37,832 nucleotides of DNA from Nemertoderma westbladi. Its lineage: Eukaryota; Animalia; Xenacoelomorpha. How positions within the stretch are numbered: position 1 is the first letter of the stretch; the number at the start of each line of letters is the position of its first letter. Below are positions 8,939 to 23,300 of this stretch, one piece after another. Below the pieces are notes generated by a model, which was not told the origin of the DNA, did no database searches, and saw only the letters and a list, made by a program, of their open reading frames with translations. The position numbers and the translations under genes were made by a program. The DNA lies in contig JAUCBJ010008752.1 of NCBI GenBank assembly GCA_032718475.1, positions 1-37,832 on the forward strand. The letters are read 5' to 3'.

Positions 8939-10016
8939 TTTCAGTTACTTACAGTTTAGTATTAAAAAATGTAGCATTTCAGTTACAGTATTACAAAATT
9001 GAGCATTTCAGTTACAGTTTCAGTATTACAAAATTGAGCATTTCAGTTACACTTACAGTATTACAAAATTGAGCATTTCAGTTACAGTTTCAGTATTAGA
9101 AAATTGAGTATTTCAGTTACAGTTTCAGTATTACAAAATTGAGCATTTCAGTTACAGTTTCAATATTACAAAATTGAGCATTTCAGTATTACAAAATTGA
9201 GCATTTCAGTTACAGTTTCAGTATTACAAAATTGAGCATTTCAGTTACAGTTTCAATATTACAAAATTGAGCATTTCAGTATTACAAAATTGAGCATTTC
9301 AGTTACAGTTACAGTATTACCAAATTGAGCATTTCAGTTACAGTTTCAGTATTACAAAATTGAGCATTTCAGTTACAGTTTCAGTATTACAAAATTGAGC
9401 ATTTCAGCTACAGTTTCAGTATTACAAAATTGAGCATTTCAGTTACAGTTTCAGTATTACAAAATTGAGCATTTCAGTTACAGTTTCAATATTACAAAAT
9501 TGAGCATTTCAGTATTACAAAATTGAGCATTTCAGTTACAGTTACAGTATTACCAAATTGAGCATTTCAGTTACAGTTTCAGTATTACAAAATTGAGCAT
9601 TTCAGTTACAGTATTACCAAATTGAGCATTTCAGTTACAGTTTCAGTATTACAAAATTGAGCATTTCAGTTACAGTTTCAGTATTACAAAATTGAGCATT
9701 TCAGCTACAGTTTCAGTATTACAAAATTGAGCATTTCAGTTACAGTTTCAGTATTACAAAATTGAGCATTTCAGCTACAGTTTCAGTATTACAAAATTGA
9801 GCATTTCAGTTACAGTATTACCAAATTGAGCATTTCAGTTACAGTTTCAGTATTACAAAATTGAGCATTTCAGTTACAGTTTCAGTATTACAAAATTGAG
9901 CATTTCAGCTACAGTTTCAGTATTACAAAATTGAGCATTTCAGTTACAGTTTCAGTATTAGAAAATTGAGCGTTTCAGTTACAGTTTTGATCCTTATAAA
10001 ATTTCAGTTTCAGTTA
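8939..10016. repeat. Minisatellite, 35-bp consensus gagcatttcagttacagtttcagtattacaaaatt with 29- and 23-bp variants, ~30 copies
   Basis: gagca at 9001 and 9036 gives period 35. Shorter units lack one or two 6-bp cagtt(a/t) subunits. Both edges are degenerate. Confidence 0.96.
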
Positions 10017-11119
10017 TAGAATCAATATATTATCCCACGTAGTTAGCAGTCATTGAATGAAATATGTCAGTAAAGGTTGAGCTCTTTTCACCTTGGTGTA
10101 GGATAGATATATGACGACCAAAGGAAGAGAACGAGCATAACGAGGCTGATAAAGCTAATAATAATAATCTAATAATAATCGCGGGCTAATAATTCCTGAG
10201 ACCTTCAAAACGTATGTACCTATTTGTGCTAAATTCAATAAATTTTAAGTACAAAAAAAAACAAAGTCTCTGGCTCAGGTTCCGGTATTTTTCAATCTGA
10301 TTCTCTCGGTAGGTCTCTGGCTCACCGGTATTAAGAAAAACAGGTCTCTGTTTCAACTCTACACATTATTGACATTCATTCATACTCACTCCCAATTGTT
10401 TTTTCAATGGTTTTGAGTTCAAAGCTCAAAGGTTTACTACTTGTTTACATAACATAATATTAACTCGTTATCTTTCATAACCCATCGATATTTATTTATT
10501 TAATTCTCATTCGTAATACCTTCCACTGGCATAACACGTTTTTATTTCAAATTGTTTCTTCTTACGTAGATGAATCACCATTTTTCTGGAAGTAAATGTT
10601 TGCTTCACTTGTATTTAAGCATTCGTGCGCCGAATTCATTTCTGTAATATTTGAAGGCTTTTCGTGCATGTATCTTAATCTTGACTAGAAATCATAGGAT
10701 TTTTTTTATTTATTTTTATTAGAAATTGACTAACGTTTTGACTGACATTTATTTTTTCTCATGTTATATTGGACATTCTGTGCTCACTATATATAATATT
10801 ACATAATATAATATATTATAACGATATATTACATAAAATATTATATAATTCCTAATATTCATAATTCATAATATACAAAGAATTCTTATATTTTTGTACA
10901 AGAGCTTTATTATACTTTTTTTTCATTGCATATAAAATGTGTAAAAGTGTAAAAATGTATCTTACTTACTAGCATTACTTAGTTGGCATCGATTCGATTA
11001 GCAGCAATTCAATATTTGAAAATTTATATTAGTAATTGAGATTTACAAGTTGAAGTTACCCTTGATCTAACTAACTATCTACTACTACTATTATTATGGT
11101 TTATTGTGACATAAAATAC

Positions 11120-11298
11120 AAGAATAGACCATATCCTGAAATAGCCTACATTGTCTTTAATTCATGCACCCCCCAAATTTTTCAAGAAATCTTAATGACA
11201 TTGCATAAAATTTTATTCAAATTTAAATTTTTTGCCTTGAAAATCATTATAAGAACTAACTACATAAAAGGTGCCCCCCTCCCACTTAATAGGGTTAA
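11120..11298. mobile_element. Possible right end of a truncated piggyBac-like MITE
   Basis: gcccccctcccacttAATAGGG followed by TTAA (11288-11298) matches the last 7 nt plus TSD of the piggyBac at 4387-4397. No intact left end; left boundary is arbitrary. Confidence 0.35.
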
Positions 11299-11354
11299 GT
11301 TTCAAGAGACTTAAAATTTTGGTTCGGCGTATATTTTATTTAATAATTGTAATT

Positions 11355-14300
11355 AAGTAATTTAATATTTGGATAACTCGAAAGTAATTTATTAGTTGGA
11401 TAAACAAAAGTAATTTATTAGTTGGATAACACAAAAGTAATTTATTAGTTGGAGAACACCAAAGTAAGTTATTAGTTGGATAACACCAAAGTAAGTTATT
11501 AGTTGGAGAACACCAAAGTAAGTTATTAGTTGGATAACACAAAAGTAATTTATTCGTTGGATAACACAAAAGTAATTTATTAGTTGGATAACCCAAAAGT
11601 AATTTATTAGTTGGATAACACCAAAGTAATTTATTAGTTGGATAACACCAAAGTAAGTTATTAGTTGGATAACACCAAAGTAAGTTATTAGTTGGATAAC
11701 CCAAAAGTAATTTATTAGTTGGATAAACAAAAGTAATTTATTAGTTGGATAACACAAAAGTAAGTTACTAGTTGGATAACACCAAAGTAAGTTACTAGTT
11801 GGATAACACAAAAGTAATTTATTAGTTGGATAACACAAAAGTAAGTTACTAGTTGGATAACACCAAAGTAAGTTATTAGTTGGAGAACACCAAAGTAAGT
11901 TATTAGTTGGATAACACAAAAGTAATTTATTCGTTGGATAACACAAAAGTAATTTATTGTTGGATAACCCAAAAGTAATTTATTAGTTGGATAACACCAA
12001 AGTAATTTATTAGTTGGGTAACACCAAAGTAAGTTATTAGTTGGATAACACCAAAGTAAGTTATTAGTTGGATAACACCAAAGTAAGTTATTAGTTGGAT
12101 AACACAAAAGTAATTTATTCGTTGGATAACACAAAAGTAATTTATTAGTTGGATAAACAAAAGTAATTTATTAGTTGGATAACACCAAAGTAATTTACTA
12201 GTTGGATAACACAAAAGTAATTTATTCGTTGGATAACACAAAAGTAATTTATTAGTTGGATAACACCAAAGTAATTTATTAGTTGGATAACCCAAAAGTA
12301 ATTTATTAGTTGGATAACCCAAAAGTAATTTATTAGTTGGATAACACCAAAGTAATTTATTAGTTGGATAACACCAAAGTAAGTTATTAGTTGGATAACA
12401 CCAAAGTAATTTATTAGTTGGATAACACTAAAGTAAGTTACTAGTTGGATAACACCAAATTATTTATTAGTTGGATAACACCAAAGTAAGTTATTAGTTG
12501 GATAACACCAAAGTAATTTATTAGTTGGATAACACTAAAGTAATTTATTAGTTGGATAACACCAAAGTAATTTATTAGTTGGATAACACAAAAGTAAGTT
12601 ACTAGTTGGATAACACCAAATTATTTATTAGTTGGATAACACCAAAGTAAGTTATTAGTTGGATAACACCAAAGTAAGTTATTAGTTGGATAACACAAAA
12701 GTAATTTATTAGTTGGATAACACCAAAGTAATTTATTAGTTGAATAACACCAAAGTAAGTTATTAGTTGGATAACACTAAAGTAAGTTACTAGTTGGATA
12801 ACACCAAATTATTTATTAGTTGGATAACACCAAAGTAAGTTATTAGTTGGATAACACCAAAGTAAGTTATTAGTTGGATAACACAAAAGTAATTTATTAG
12901 TTGGATAACACCAAAGTAATTTATTAGTTGAATAACACCAAAGTAAGTTATTAGTTGGATAACACCAAAGTAATTTATTAGTTGGATAACACTAAAGTAA
13001 GTTACTAGTTGGATAACACCAAATTATTTATTAGTTGGATAACACCAAAGTAAGTTATTAGTTGGATAACACCAAAGTAATTTATTAGTTGGATAACACT
13101 AAAGTAAGTTACTAGTTGGATAACACCAAATTATTTATTAGTTGGATAACACCAAAGTAAGTTATTAGTTGGATAACACCAAAGTAATTTATTAGTTGGA
13201 TAACACTAAAGTAATTTATTAGTTGGATAACACCAAAGTAATTTATTAGTTGGATAACACTAAAGTAAGTTACTAGTTGGATAACACCAAATTATTTATT
13301 AGTTGGATAACACCAAAGTAAGTTATTAGTTGGATAACACCAAAGTAAGTTATTAGTTGGATAACACAAAAGTAATTTATTAGTTGGATAACACCAAAGT
13401 AATTTATTAGTTGGATAACACCAAAGTAAGTTATTAGTTGGATAACACCAAAGTAATTTATTAGTTGGATAACACTAAAGTAAGTTACTAGTTGGATAAC
13501 ACCAAATTATTTATTAGTTGGATAACACCAAAGTAAGTTATTAGTTGGATAACACCAAAGTAAGTTATTAGTTGGATAACACAAAAGTAATTTATTAGTT
13601 GGATAACACCAAAGTAATTTATTAGTTGGATAACACCAAAGTAAGTTATTAGTTGGATAACACTAAAGTAAGTTACTAGTTGGATAACACCAAATTATTT
13701 ATTAGTTGGATAACACCAAAGTAAGTTATTAGTTGGATAACACCAAAGTAATTTATTAGTTGGATAACACTAAAGTAAGTTACTAGTTGGATAACACCAA
13801 ATTATTTATTAGTTGGATAACACCAAAGTAAGTTATTAGTTGGATAACACCAAAGTAATTTATTAGTTGGATAACACTAAAGTAAGTTACTAGTTGGATA
13901 ACACCAAATTATTTATTAGTTGGATAACACCAAAGTAAGTTATTAGTTGGATAACACCAAAGTAATTTATTAGTTGGATAACACCAAAGTAATTTATTAG
14001 TTGGATAACACCAAAGTAATTTATTAGTTGGATAACACTAAAGTAAGTTACTAGTTGGATAACACCAAATTATTTATTAGTTGGATAACACCAAAGTAAG
14101 TTATTAGTTGGATAACACCAAAGTAATTTAATATTTGGATAACACTAAAGTAAGTTACTAGTTGGATAACACCAAATTATTTATTAGTTGGATAACACCA
14201 AAGTAAGTTATTAGTTGGATAACACCAAAGTAAGTGAATAGTTGGATAACACCAAAGTAAGTTACTAGTTGGATAACACCAAAGTAATTTAATATTTGGA

Positions 14301-17300
14301 TAACACTAAAGTAAGTTACTAGTTGGATAACACCAAATTATTTATTAGTTGGATAACACAAAAGTAAGTTACTAGTTGGATAACACCAAATTATTTATTA
14401 GTTGGATAACACCAAAGTAAGTTATTAGTTGGATAACACCAAAGTAAGTTAATAGTTGGATAACACCAAATTAATTTAATATTTGGATAACACTAAAGTA
14501 AGTTATTATTTGGATAACACCAAAGTAATTTAATATTTGGATAACACCAAATTATTTATTAGTTGGATAACACCAAAGTAAGTTATTAGTTGGATAACAC
14601 TAAAGTAAGTTATTAGTTGGATAACACCAAAGTAATTTAATATTTGGATAACACCAAAGTAATTTAATAGTTGGATAACACCATTTAAGTAATTTATTAG
14701 TTGGATAACACCAAAGTAAGTTATTAGTTGGATAACACCAAAGTAAGTTATTAGTTCGATAACACCAAAGCAATTTTATATTTGGATAACATCAAAGTAG
14801 TTTAGTATTTGGATAACTCCAAATTATTTAATAGTTGGATAACACCAAAGTAAGTTATTAGTTGGATAACACCAAAGTAAGTTAATAGTTGGATAACACC
14901 AAAGTAAGTTATTAGTTTGATAACACTAAAGTAAGTTATTAGTTGGATAACACCAAAGTAATTTAATATTTGGATAACACCAAATTATTTATTAGTTGGA
15001 TAACACAAAAGTAATTTATTAGTTGGATAACACAAAAGTAAGTTAATAGTTGGATAACACCAAAGTAAGTTATTAGTTTGATAACACCAAAGTAAGTTAA
15101 TAGTTGGATAACACCAAAGTAATTTAATATTTGGATAACACCAAATTATTTATTAGTTGGATAACACCAAAGTAAGTTATTAGTTGGATAACACCAAAGT
15201 AAGTTATTAGTTTGATAACACTAAAGTAAGTTATTAGTTGGATAACACCAAAGTAATTTAATATTTGGATAACACCAAATTATTTATTAGTTGGATAACA
15301 CAAAAGTAATTTATTAGTTGGATAACACAAAAGTAAGTTAATAGTTGGATAACACCAAAGTAAGTTATTAGTTTGATAACACCAAAGTAAGTTAATAGTT
15401 GGATAACACCAAAGTAATTTAATATTTGGATAACACCAAATTATTTATTAGTTGGATAACACCAAAGTAAGTTATTAGTTGGATAACACTAAAGTAAGTT
15501 ATTAGTTGGATAACACCAAAGTAATTTAATATTTGGATAACACCAAAGTAATTTAATAGTTGGATAACACCATTTAAGTAATTTATTAGTTGGATAACAC
15601 CAAAGTAAGTTATTAGTTGGATAACACCAAAGCAATTTTATATTTGGATAACACCATTTAAGTAATTTATTAGTTGGATAACACCAAAGTAAGTTATTAG
15701 TTGGATAACACCAAAGTAAGTTAATAGTTGGATAACACCAAAGTAATTTAATATTTTGATAACACCAAATTATTTATTAGTTGGATAACACCAAAGCAAG
15801 TTATTAGTTGGATAACACCAAAGTAAGTTATTAGTTGGATAACACCAAAGTAAGTTAATAGTTGGATAACACCAAAGTAATTTAATATTTGGATAACACC
15901 AAAGTAATTTATTAATTGGATAACACCAAAGTAATTTATTAGTTGGATAACACAAAAGTAATTTATTAGTTGGATAACACAAAAGTAAGTTAATAGTTGG
16001 ATAACACCAAAGTAAGTTATTAGTTTGATAACACCAAAGTAAGTTAATAGTTGGATAACACCAAAGTAATTTAATATTTGGATAACACCAAATTATTTAT
16101 TAGTTGGATAACACCAAAGTAATTTATTAGTTGGATAACACCAAAGTAAGTTATTAGTTGGATAACACCAAAGTAAGTTAATAGTTGGATAACACCAAAG
16201 TAATTTAATATTTGGATAACACCAAAGTAATTTATTAGTTGGATAACACCAAAGTAAGTTAATAGTTGGATAACACCAAAGTAATTTAATATTTGGATAA
16301 CACCAAAGTAATTTATTAGTTGGATAACACCAAAGTAAGTTATTAGTTTGATAACACCAAAGTAAGTTACTAGTTGGATAACACCAAAGTAATTTACTAG
16401 TTGGATAACCCAAAAGTAATTTATTAGTTGGATAACACAAAAGTAATTTATTAGTTGGATAACACCAAAGTAAGTTACTAGTTGGATAACGCCAAAGTAA
16501 TTTATTAGTTGGATAACACAAAAGTAAGTTACTAGTTGGATAACACCAAAGTAAGTTACTAGTTGGATAACCCAAAAGTAATTTATTGGTTGGATAACAC
16601 CAAAGTAAGTTACTAGTTGGATAACCCAAAAGTAATTTATTAGTTGGATAACACCAAAGTAAGTTACTAGTTGGATAACGCCAAAGTAATTTATTAGTTG
16701 GATAACACAAAAGTAAGTTACTAGTTGGATAACACCAAAGTAAGTTACTAGTTGGATAACCCAAAAGTAATTTATTGGTTGGATAACACCAAAGTAAGTT
16801 ACTAGTTGGATAACGCCAAAGTAATTTATTAGTTGGATAACACAAAAGTAAGTTACTAGTTGGATAACACCAAAGTAATTTAATATTTGGATAACACCAA
16901 ATTATTTATTAGTTGGATAACACCAAAGTAAGTTATTAGTTGGATAACACTAAAGTAAGTTATTAGTTGGATAACACCAAAGTAATTTAATATTTGGATA
17001 ACACCAAAGTAATTTAATAGTTGGATAACACCATTTAAGTAATTTATTAGTTGGATAACACCAAAGTAAGTTAATAGTTGGATAACACCAAAGTAATTTA
17101 ATATTTTGATAACACCAAATTATTTATTAGTTTGATAACACCAAAGTAAGTTATTAGTTGGATAACACCAAAGTAAGTTATTAGTTGGATAACACCAAAG
17201 TAAGTTAATAGTTGGATAACACCAAAGTAATTTAATATTTGGATAACACCAAAGTAATTTATTAATTGGATAACACCAAAGTAATTTATTAGTTGGATAA

Positions 17301-20300
17301 CACAAAAGTAATTTATTAGTTGGATAACACAAAAGTAAGTTAATAGTTGGATAACACCAAAGTAAGTTATTAGTTTGATAACACCAAAGTAAGTTAATAG
17401 TTGGATAACACCAAAGTAATTTAATATTTGGATAACACCAAATTATTTATTAGTTGGATAACACCAAAGTAATTTATTAGTTGGATAACACCAAAGTAAG
17501 TTATTATTTGGATAACACCAAAGTAATTTAATATTTGGATAACACCAAAGTAATTTAATAGTTGGATAACACCATTTAAGTAATTTATTAGTTGGATAAC
17601 ACCAAAGTAAGTTACTAGTTGGATAACACCAAATTATTTATTAGTTGGATAACACAAAAGTAAGTTACTAGTTGGATAACACCAAATTATTTATTAGTTG
17701 GATAACACCAAAGTAAGTTATTAGTTGGATAACACCAAAGTAAGTTAATAGTTGGATAACACCAAATTAATTTAATATTTGGATAACACCAAAGTAAGTT
17801 ATTATTTGGATAACACCAAAGTAATTTAATATTTGGATAACACCAAATTATTTATTAGTTGGATAACACCAAAGTAAGTTATTAGTTGGATAACACTAAA
17901 GTAAGTTATTAGTTGGATAACACCAAAGTAATTTAATATTTGGATAACACCAAAGTAATTTAATAGTTGGATAACACCATTTAAGTAATTTATTAGTTGG
18001 ATAACACCAAAGTAAGTTATTAGTTGGATAACACCAAAGTAAGTTATTAGTTCGATAACACCAAAGCAATTTTATATTTGGATAACATCAAAGTAATTTA
18101 TTAGTTGGATAACACTAAAGTAATTTATTAGTTGGATAACACCAAAGTAATTTATTAGTTGGATAACACTAAAGTAAGTTACTAGTTGGATAACACCAAA
18201 TTATTTATTAGTTGGATAACACCAAAGTAAGTTATTAGTTGGATAACACCAAAGTAAGTTATTAGTTGGATAACACAAAAGTAATTTATTAGTTGGATAA
18301 CACCAAAGTAATTTATTAGTTGGATAACACCAAAGTAAGTTATTAGTTGGATAACACCAAAGTAATTTATTAGTTGGATAACACTAAAGTAAGTTACTAG
18401 TTGGATAACACCAAATTATTTATTAGTTGGATAACACCAAAGTAAGTTATTAGTTGGATAACACCAAAGTAAGTTATTAGTTGGATAACACTAAAGTAAG
18501 TTATTAGTTGGATAACACCAAAGTAATTTAATATTTGGATAACACCAAAGTAATTTAATAGTTGGATAACACCATTTAAGTAATTTATTAGTTGGATAAC
18601 ACCAAAGTAAGTTATTAGTTGGATAACACCAAAGCAATTTTATATTTGGATAACACCATTTAAGTAATTTATTAGTTGGATAACACCAAAGTAAGTTATT
18701 AGTTGGATAACACCAAAGTAAGTTAATAGTTGGATAACACCAAAGTAATTTAATATTTTGATAACACCAAATTATTTATTAGTTGGATAACACCAAAGCA
18801 AGTTATTAGTTGGATAACACCAAAGTAAGTTATTAGTTGGATAACACCAAAGTAAGTTAATAGTTGGATAACACCAAAGTAATTTAATATTTGGATAACA
18901 CCAAAGTAATTTATTAATTGGATAACACCAAAGTAATTTATTAGTTGGATAACACAAAAGTAATTTATTAGTTGGATAACACAAAAGTAAGTTAATAGTT
19001 GGATAACACCAAAGTAAGTTATTAGTTTGATAACACCAAAGTAAGTTATTAGTTGGATAACACCAAAGTAATTTATTAGTTGGATAACACTAAAGTAAGT
19101 TACTAGTTGGATAACACCAAATTATTTATTAGTTGGATAACACCAAAGTAAGTTATTAGTTGGATAACACCAAAGTAAGTTATTAGTTGGATAACACAAA
19201 AGTAATTTATTAGTTGGATAACACCAAAGTAATTTATTAGTTGGATAACACCAAAGTAAGTTATTAGTTGGATAACACCAAAGTAATTTATTAGTTGGAT
19301 AACACTAAAGTAAGTTACTAGTTGGATAACACCAAATTATTTATTAGTTGGATAACACCAAAGTAAGTTATTAGTTGGATAACACCAAAGTAATTTATTA
19401 GTTGGATAACACTAAAGTAAGTTACTAGTTGGATAACACCAAATTATTTATTAGTTGGATAACACCAAAGTAAGTTATTAGTTGGATAACACCAAAGTAA
19501 TTTATTAGTTGGATAACACTAAAGTAATTTATTAGTTGGATAACACCAAAGTAATTTATTAGTTGGATAACACTAAAGTAAGTTACTAGTTGGATAACAC
19601 CAAATTATTTATTAGTTGGATAACACCAAAGTAAGTTATTAGTTGGATAACACCAAAGTAAGTTATTAGTTGGATAACACAAAAGTAATTTATTAGTTGG
19701 ATAACACCAAAGTAATTTATTAGTTGGATAACACCAAAGTAAGTTATTAGTTGGATAACACCAAAGTAAGTTATTAGTTGGATAACACTAAAGTAAGTTA
19801 TTAGTTGGATAACACCAAAGTAATTTAATATTTGGATAACACCAAAGTAATTTAATAGTTGGATAACACCATTTAAGTAATTTATTAGTTGGATAACACC
19901 AAAGTAAGTTATTAGTTGGATAACACCAAAGTAAGTTATTAGTTCGATAACACCAAAGCAATTTTATATTTGGATAACATCAAAGTAGTTTAGTATTTGG
20001 ATAACTCCAAATTATTTAATAGTTGGATAACACCAAAGTAAGTTATTAGTTGGATAACACCAAAGTAAGTTAATAGTTGGATAACACCAAAGTAAGTTAT
20101 TAGTTTGATAACACTAAAGTAAGTTATTAGTTGGATAACACCAAAGTAATTTAATATTTGGATAACACCAAATTATTTATTAGTTGGATAACACAAAAGT
20201 AATTTATTAGTTGGATAACACAAAAGTAAGTTAATAGTTGGATAACACCAAAGTAAGTTATTAGTTTGATAACACCAAAGTAAGTTAATAGTTGGATAAC

Positions 20301-23300
20301 ACCAAAGTAATTTAATATTTGGATAACACCAAATTATTTATTAGTTGGATAACACCAAAGTAAGTTATTAGTTGGATAACACCAAAGTAAGTTATTAGTT
20401 TGATAACACTAAAGTAAGTTATTAGTTGGATAACACCAAAGTAATTTAATATTTGGATAACACCAAATTATTTATTAGTTGGATAACACAAAAGTAATTT
20501 ATTAGTTGGATAACACAAAAGTAAGTTAATAGTTGGATAACACCAAAGTAAGTTATTAGTTTGATAACACCAAAGTAAGTTAATAGTTGGATAACACCAA
20601 AGTAATTTAATATTTGGATAACACCAAATTATTTATTAGTTGGATAACACCAAAGTAAGTTATTAGTTGGATAACACTAAAGTAAGTTATTAGTTGGATA
20701 ACACCAAAGTAATTTAATATTTGGATAACACCAAAGTAATTTAATAGTTGGATAACACCATTTAAGTAATTTATTAGTTGGATAACACCAAAGTAAGTTA
20801 TTAGTTGGATAACACCAAAGCAATTTTATATTTGGATAACACCATTTAAGTAATTTATTAGTTGGATAACACCAAAGTAAGTTATTAGTTGGATAACACC
20901 AAAGTAAGTTAATAGTTGGATAACACCAAAGTAATTTAATATTTTGATAACACCAAATTATTTATTAGTTGGATAACACCAAAGCAAGTTATTAGTTGGA
21001 TAACACCAAAGTAAGTTATTAGTTGGATAACACCAAAGTAAGTTAATAGTTGGATAACACCAAAGTAATTTAATATTTGGATAACACCAAAGTAATTTAT
21101 TAATTGGATAACACCAAAGTAATTTATTAGTTGGATAACACAAAAGTAATTTATTAGTTGGATAACACAAAAGTAAGTTAATAGTTGGATAACACCAAAG
21201 TAAGTTATTAGTTTGATAACACCAAAGTAAGTTAATAGTTGGATAACACCAAAGTAATTTAATATTTGGATAACACCAAATTATTTATTAGTTGGATAAC
21301 ACCAAAGTAATTTATTAGTTGGATAACACCAAAGTAAGTTATTAGTTGGATAACACCAAAGTAAGTTAATAGTTGGATAACACCAAAGTAATTTAATATT
21401 TGGATAACACCAAAGTAATTTATTAGTTGGATAACACCAAAGTAAGTTAATAGTTGGATAACACCAAAGTAATTTAATATTTGGATAACACCAAAGTAAT
21501 TTATTAGTTGGATAACACCAAAGTAAGTTATTAGTTTGATAACACCAAAGTAAGTTACTAGTTGGATAACACCAAAGTAATTTACTAGTTGGATAACCCA
21601 AAAGTAATTTATTAGTTGGATAACACAAAAGTAATTTATTAGTTGGATAACACCAAAGTAAGTTACTAGTTGGATAACGCCAAAGTAATTTATTAGTTGG
21701 ATAACACAAAAGTAAGTTACTAGTTGGATAACACCAAAGTAAGTTACTAGTTGGATAACCCAAAAGTAATTTATTGGTTGGATAACACCAAAGTAAGTTA
21801 CTAGTTGGATAACCCAAAAGTAATTTATTAGTTGGATAACACCAAAGTAAGTTACTAGTTGGATAACGCCAAAGTAATTTATTAGTTGGATAACACAAAA
21901 GTAAGTTACTAGTTGGATAACACCAAAGTAAGTTACTAGTTGGATAACCCAAAAGTAATTTATTGGTTGGATAACACCAAAGTAAGTTACTAGTTGGATA
22001 ACGCCAAAGTAATTTATTAGTTGGATAACACAAAAGTAAGTTACTAGTTGGATAACACCAAAGTAATTTAATATTTGGATAACACCAAATTATTTATTAG
22101 TTGGATAACACCAAAGTAAGTTATTAGTTGGATAACACTAAAGTAAGTTATTAGTTGGATAACACCAAAGTAATTTAATATTTGGATAACACCAAAGTAA
22201 TTTAATAGTTGGATAACACCATTTAAGTAATTTATTAGTTGGATAACACCAAAGTAAGTTAATAGTTGGATAACACCAAAGTAATTTAATATTTTGATAA
22301 CACCAAATTATTTATTAGTTGGATAACACAAAAGTAAGTTACTAGTTGGATAACACCAAAGTAAGTTACTAGTTGGATAACCCAAAAGTAATTTATTGGT
22401 TGGATAACACCAAAGTAAGTTACTAGTTGGATAACCCAAAAGTAATTTATTAGTTGGATAACACCAAAGTAAGTTACTAGTTGGATAACGCCAAAGTAAT
22501 TTATTAGTTGGATAACACAAAAGTAAGTTACTAGTTGGATAACACCAAAGTAAGTTACTAGTTGGATAACCCAAAAGTAATTTATTGGTTGGATAACACC
22601 AAAGTAAGTTACTAGTTGGATAACGCCAAAGTAATTTATTAGTTGGATAACACAAAAGTAAGTTACTAGTTGGATAACACCAAAGTAATTTAATATTTGG
22701 ATAACACCAAATTATTTATTAGTTGGATAACACCAAAGTAAGTTATTAGTTGGATAACACTAAAGTAAGTTATTAGTTGGATAACACCAAAGTAATTTAA
22801 TATTTGGATAACACCAAAGTAATTTAATAGTTGGATAACACCATTTAAGTAATTTATTAGTTGGATAACACCAAAGTAAGTTAATAGTTGGATAACACCA
22901 AAGTAATTTAATATTTTGATAACACCAAATTATTTATTAGTTGGATAACACCAAAGTAAGTTATTAGTTGGATAACACCAAAGTAAGTTATTAGTTGGAT
23001 AACACCAAAGTAAGTTAATAGTTGGATAACACCAAAGTAATTTAATATTTGGATAACACCAAAGTAATTTATTAATTGGATAACACCAAAGTAATTTATT
23101 AGTTGGATAACACAAAAGTAATTTATTAGTTGGATAACACAAAAGTAAGTTAATAGTTGGATAACACCAAAGTAAGTTATTAGTTTGATAACACCAAAGT
23201 AAGTTAATAGTTGGATAACACCAAAGTAATTTAATATTTGGATAACACCAAATTATTTATTAGTTGGATAACACCAAAGTAATTTATTAGTTGGATAACA

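Noticed and set aside
10196-10356. Three gtctctg(g/t)(c/t)tca words
   Set aside because: Probably a TE subterminal relic, but no termini or second copy are present to support a call.
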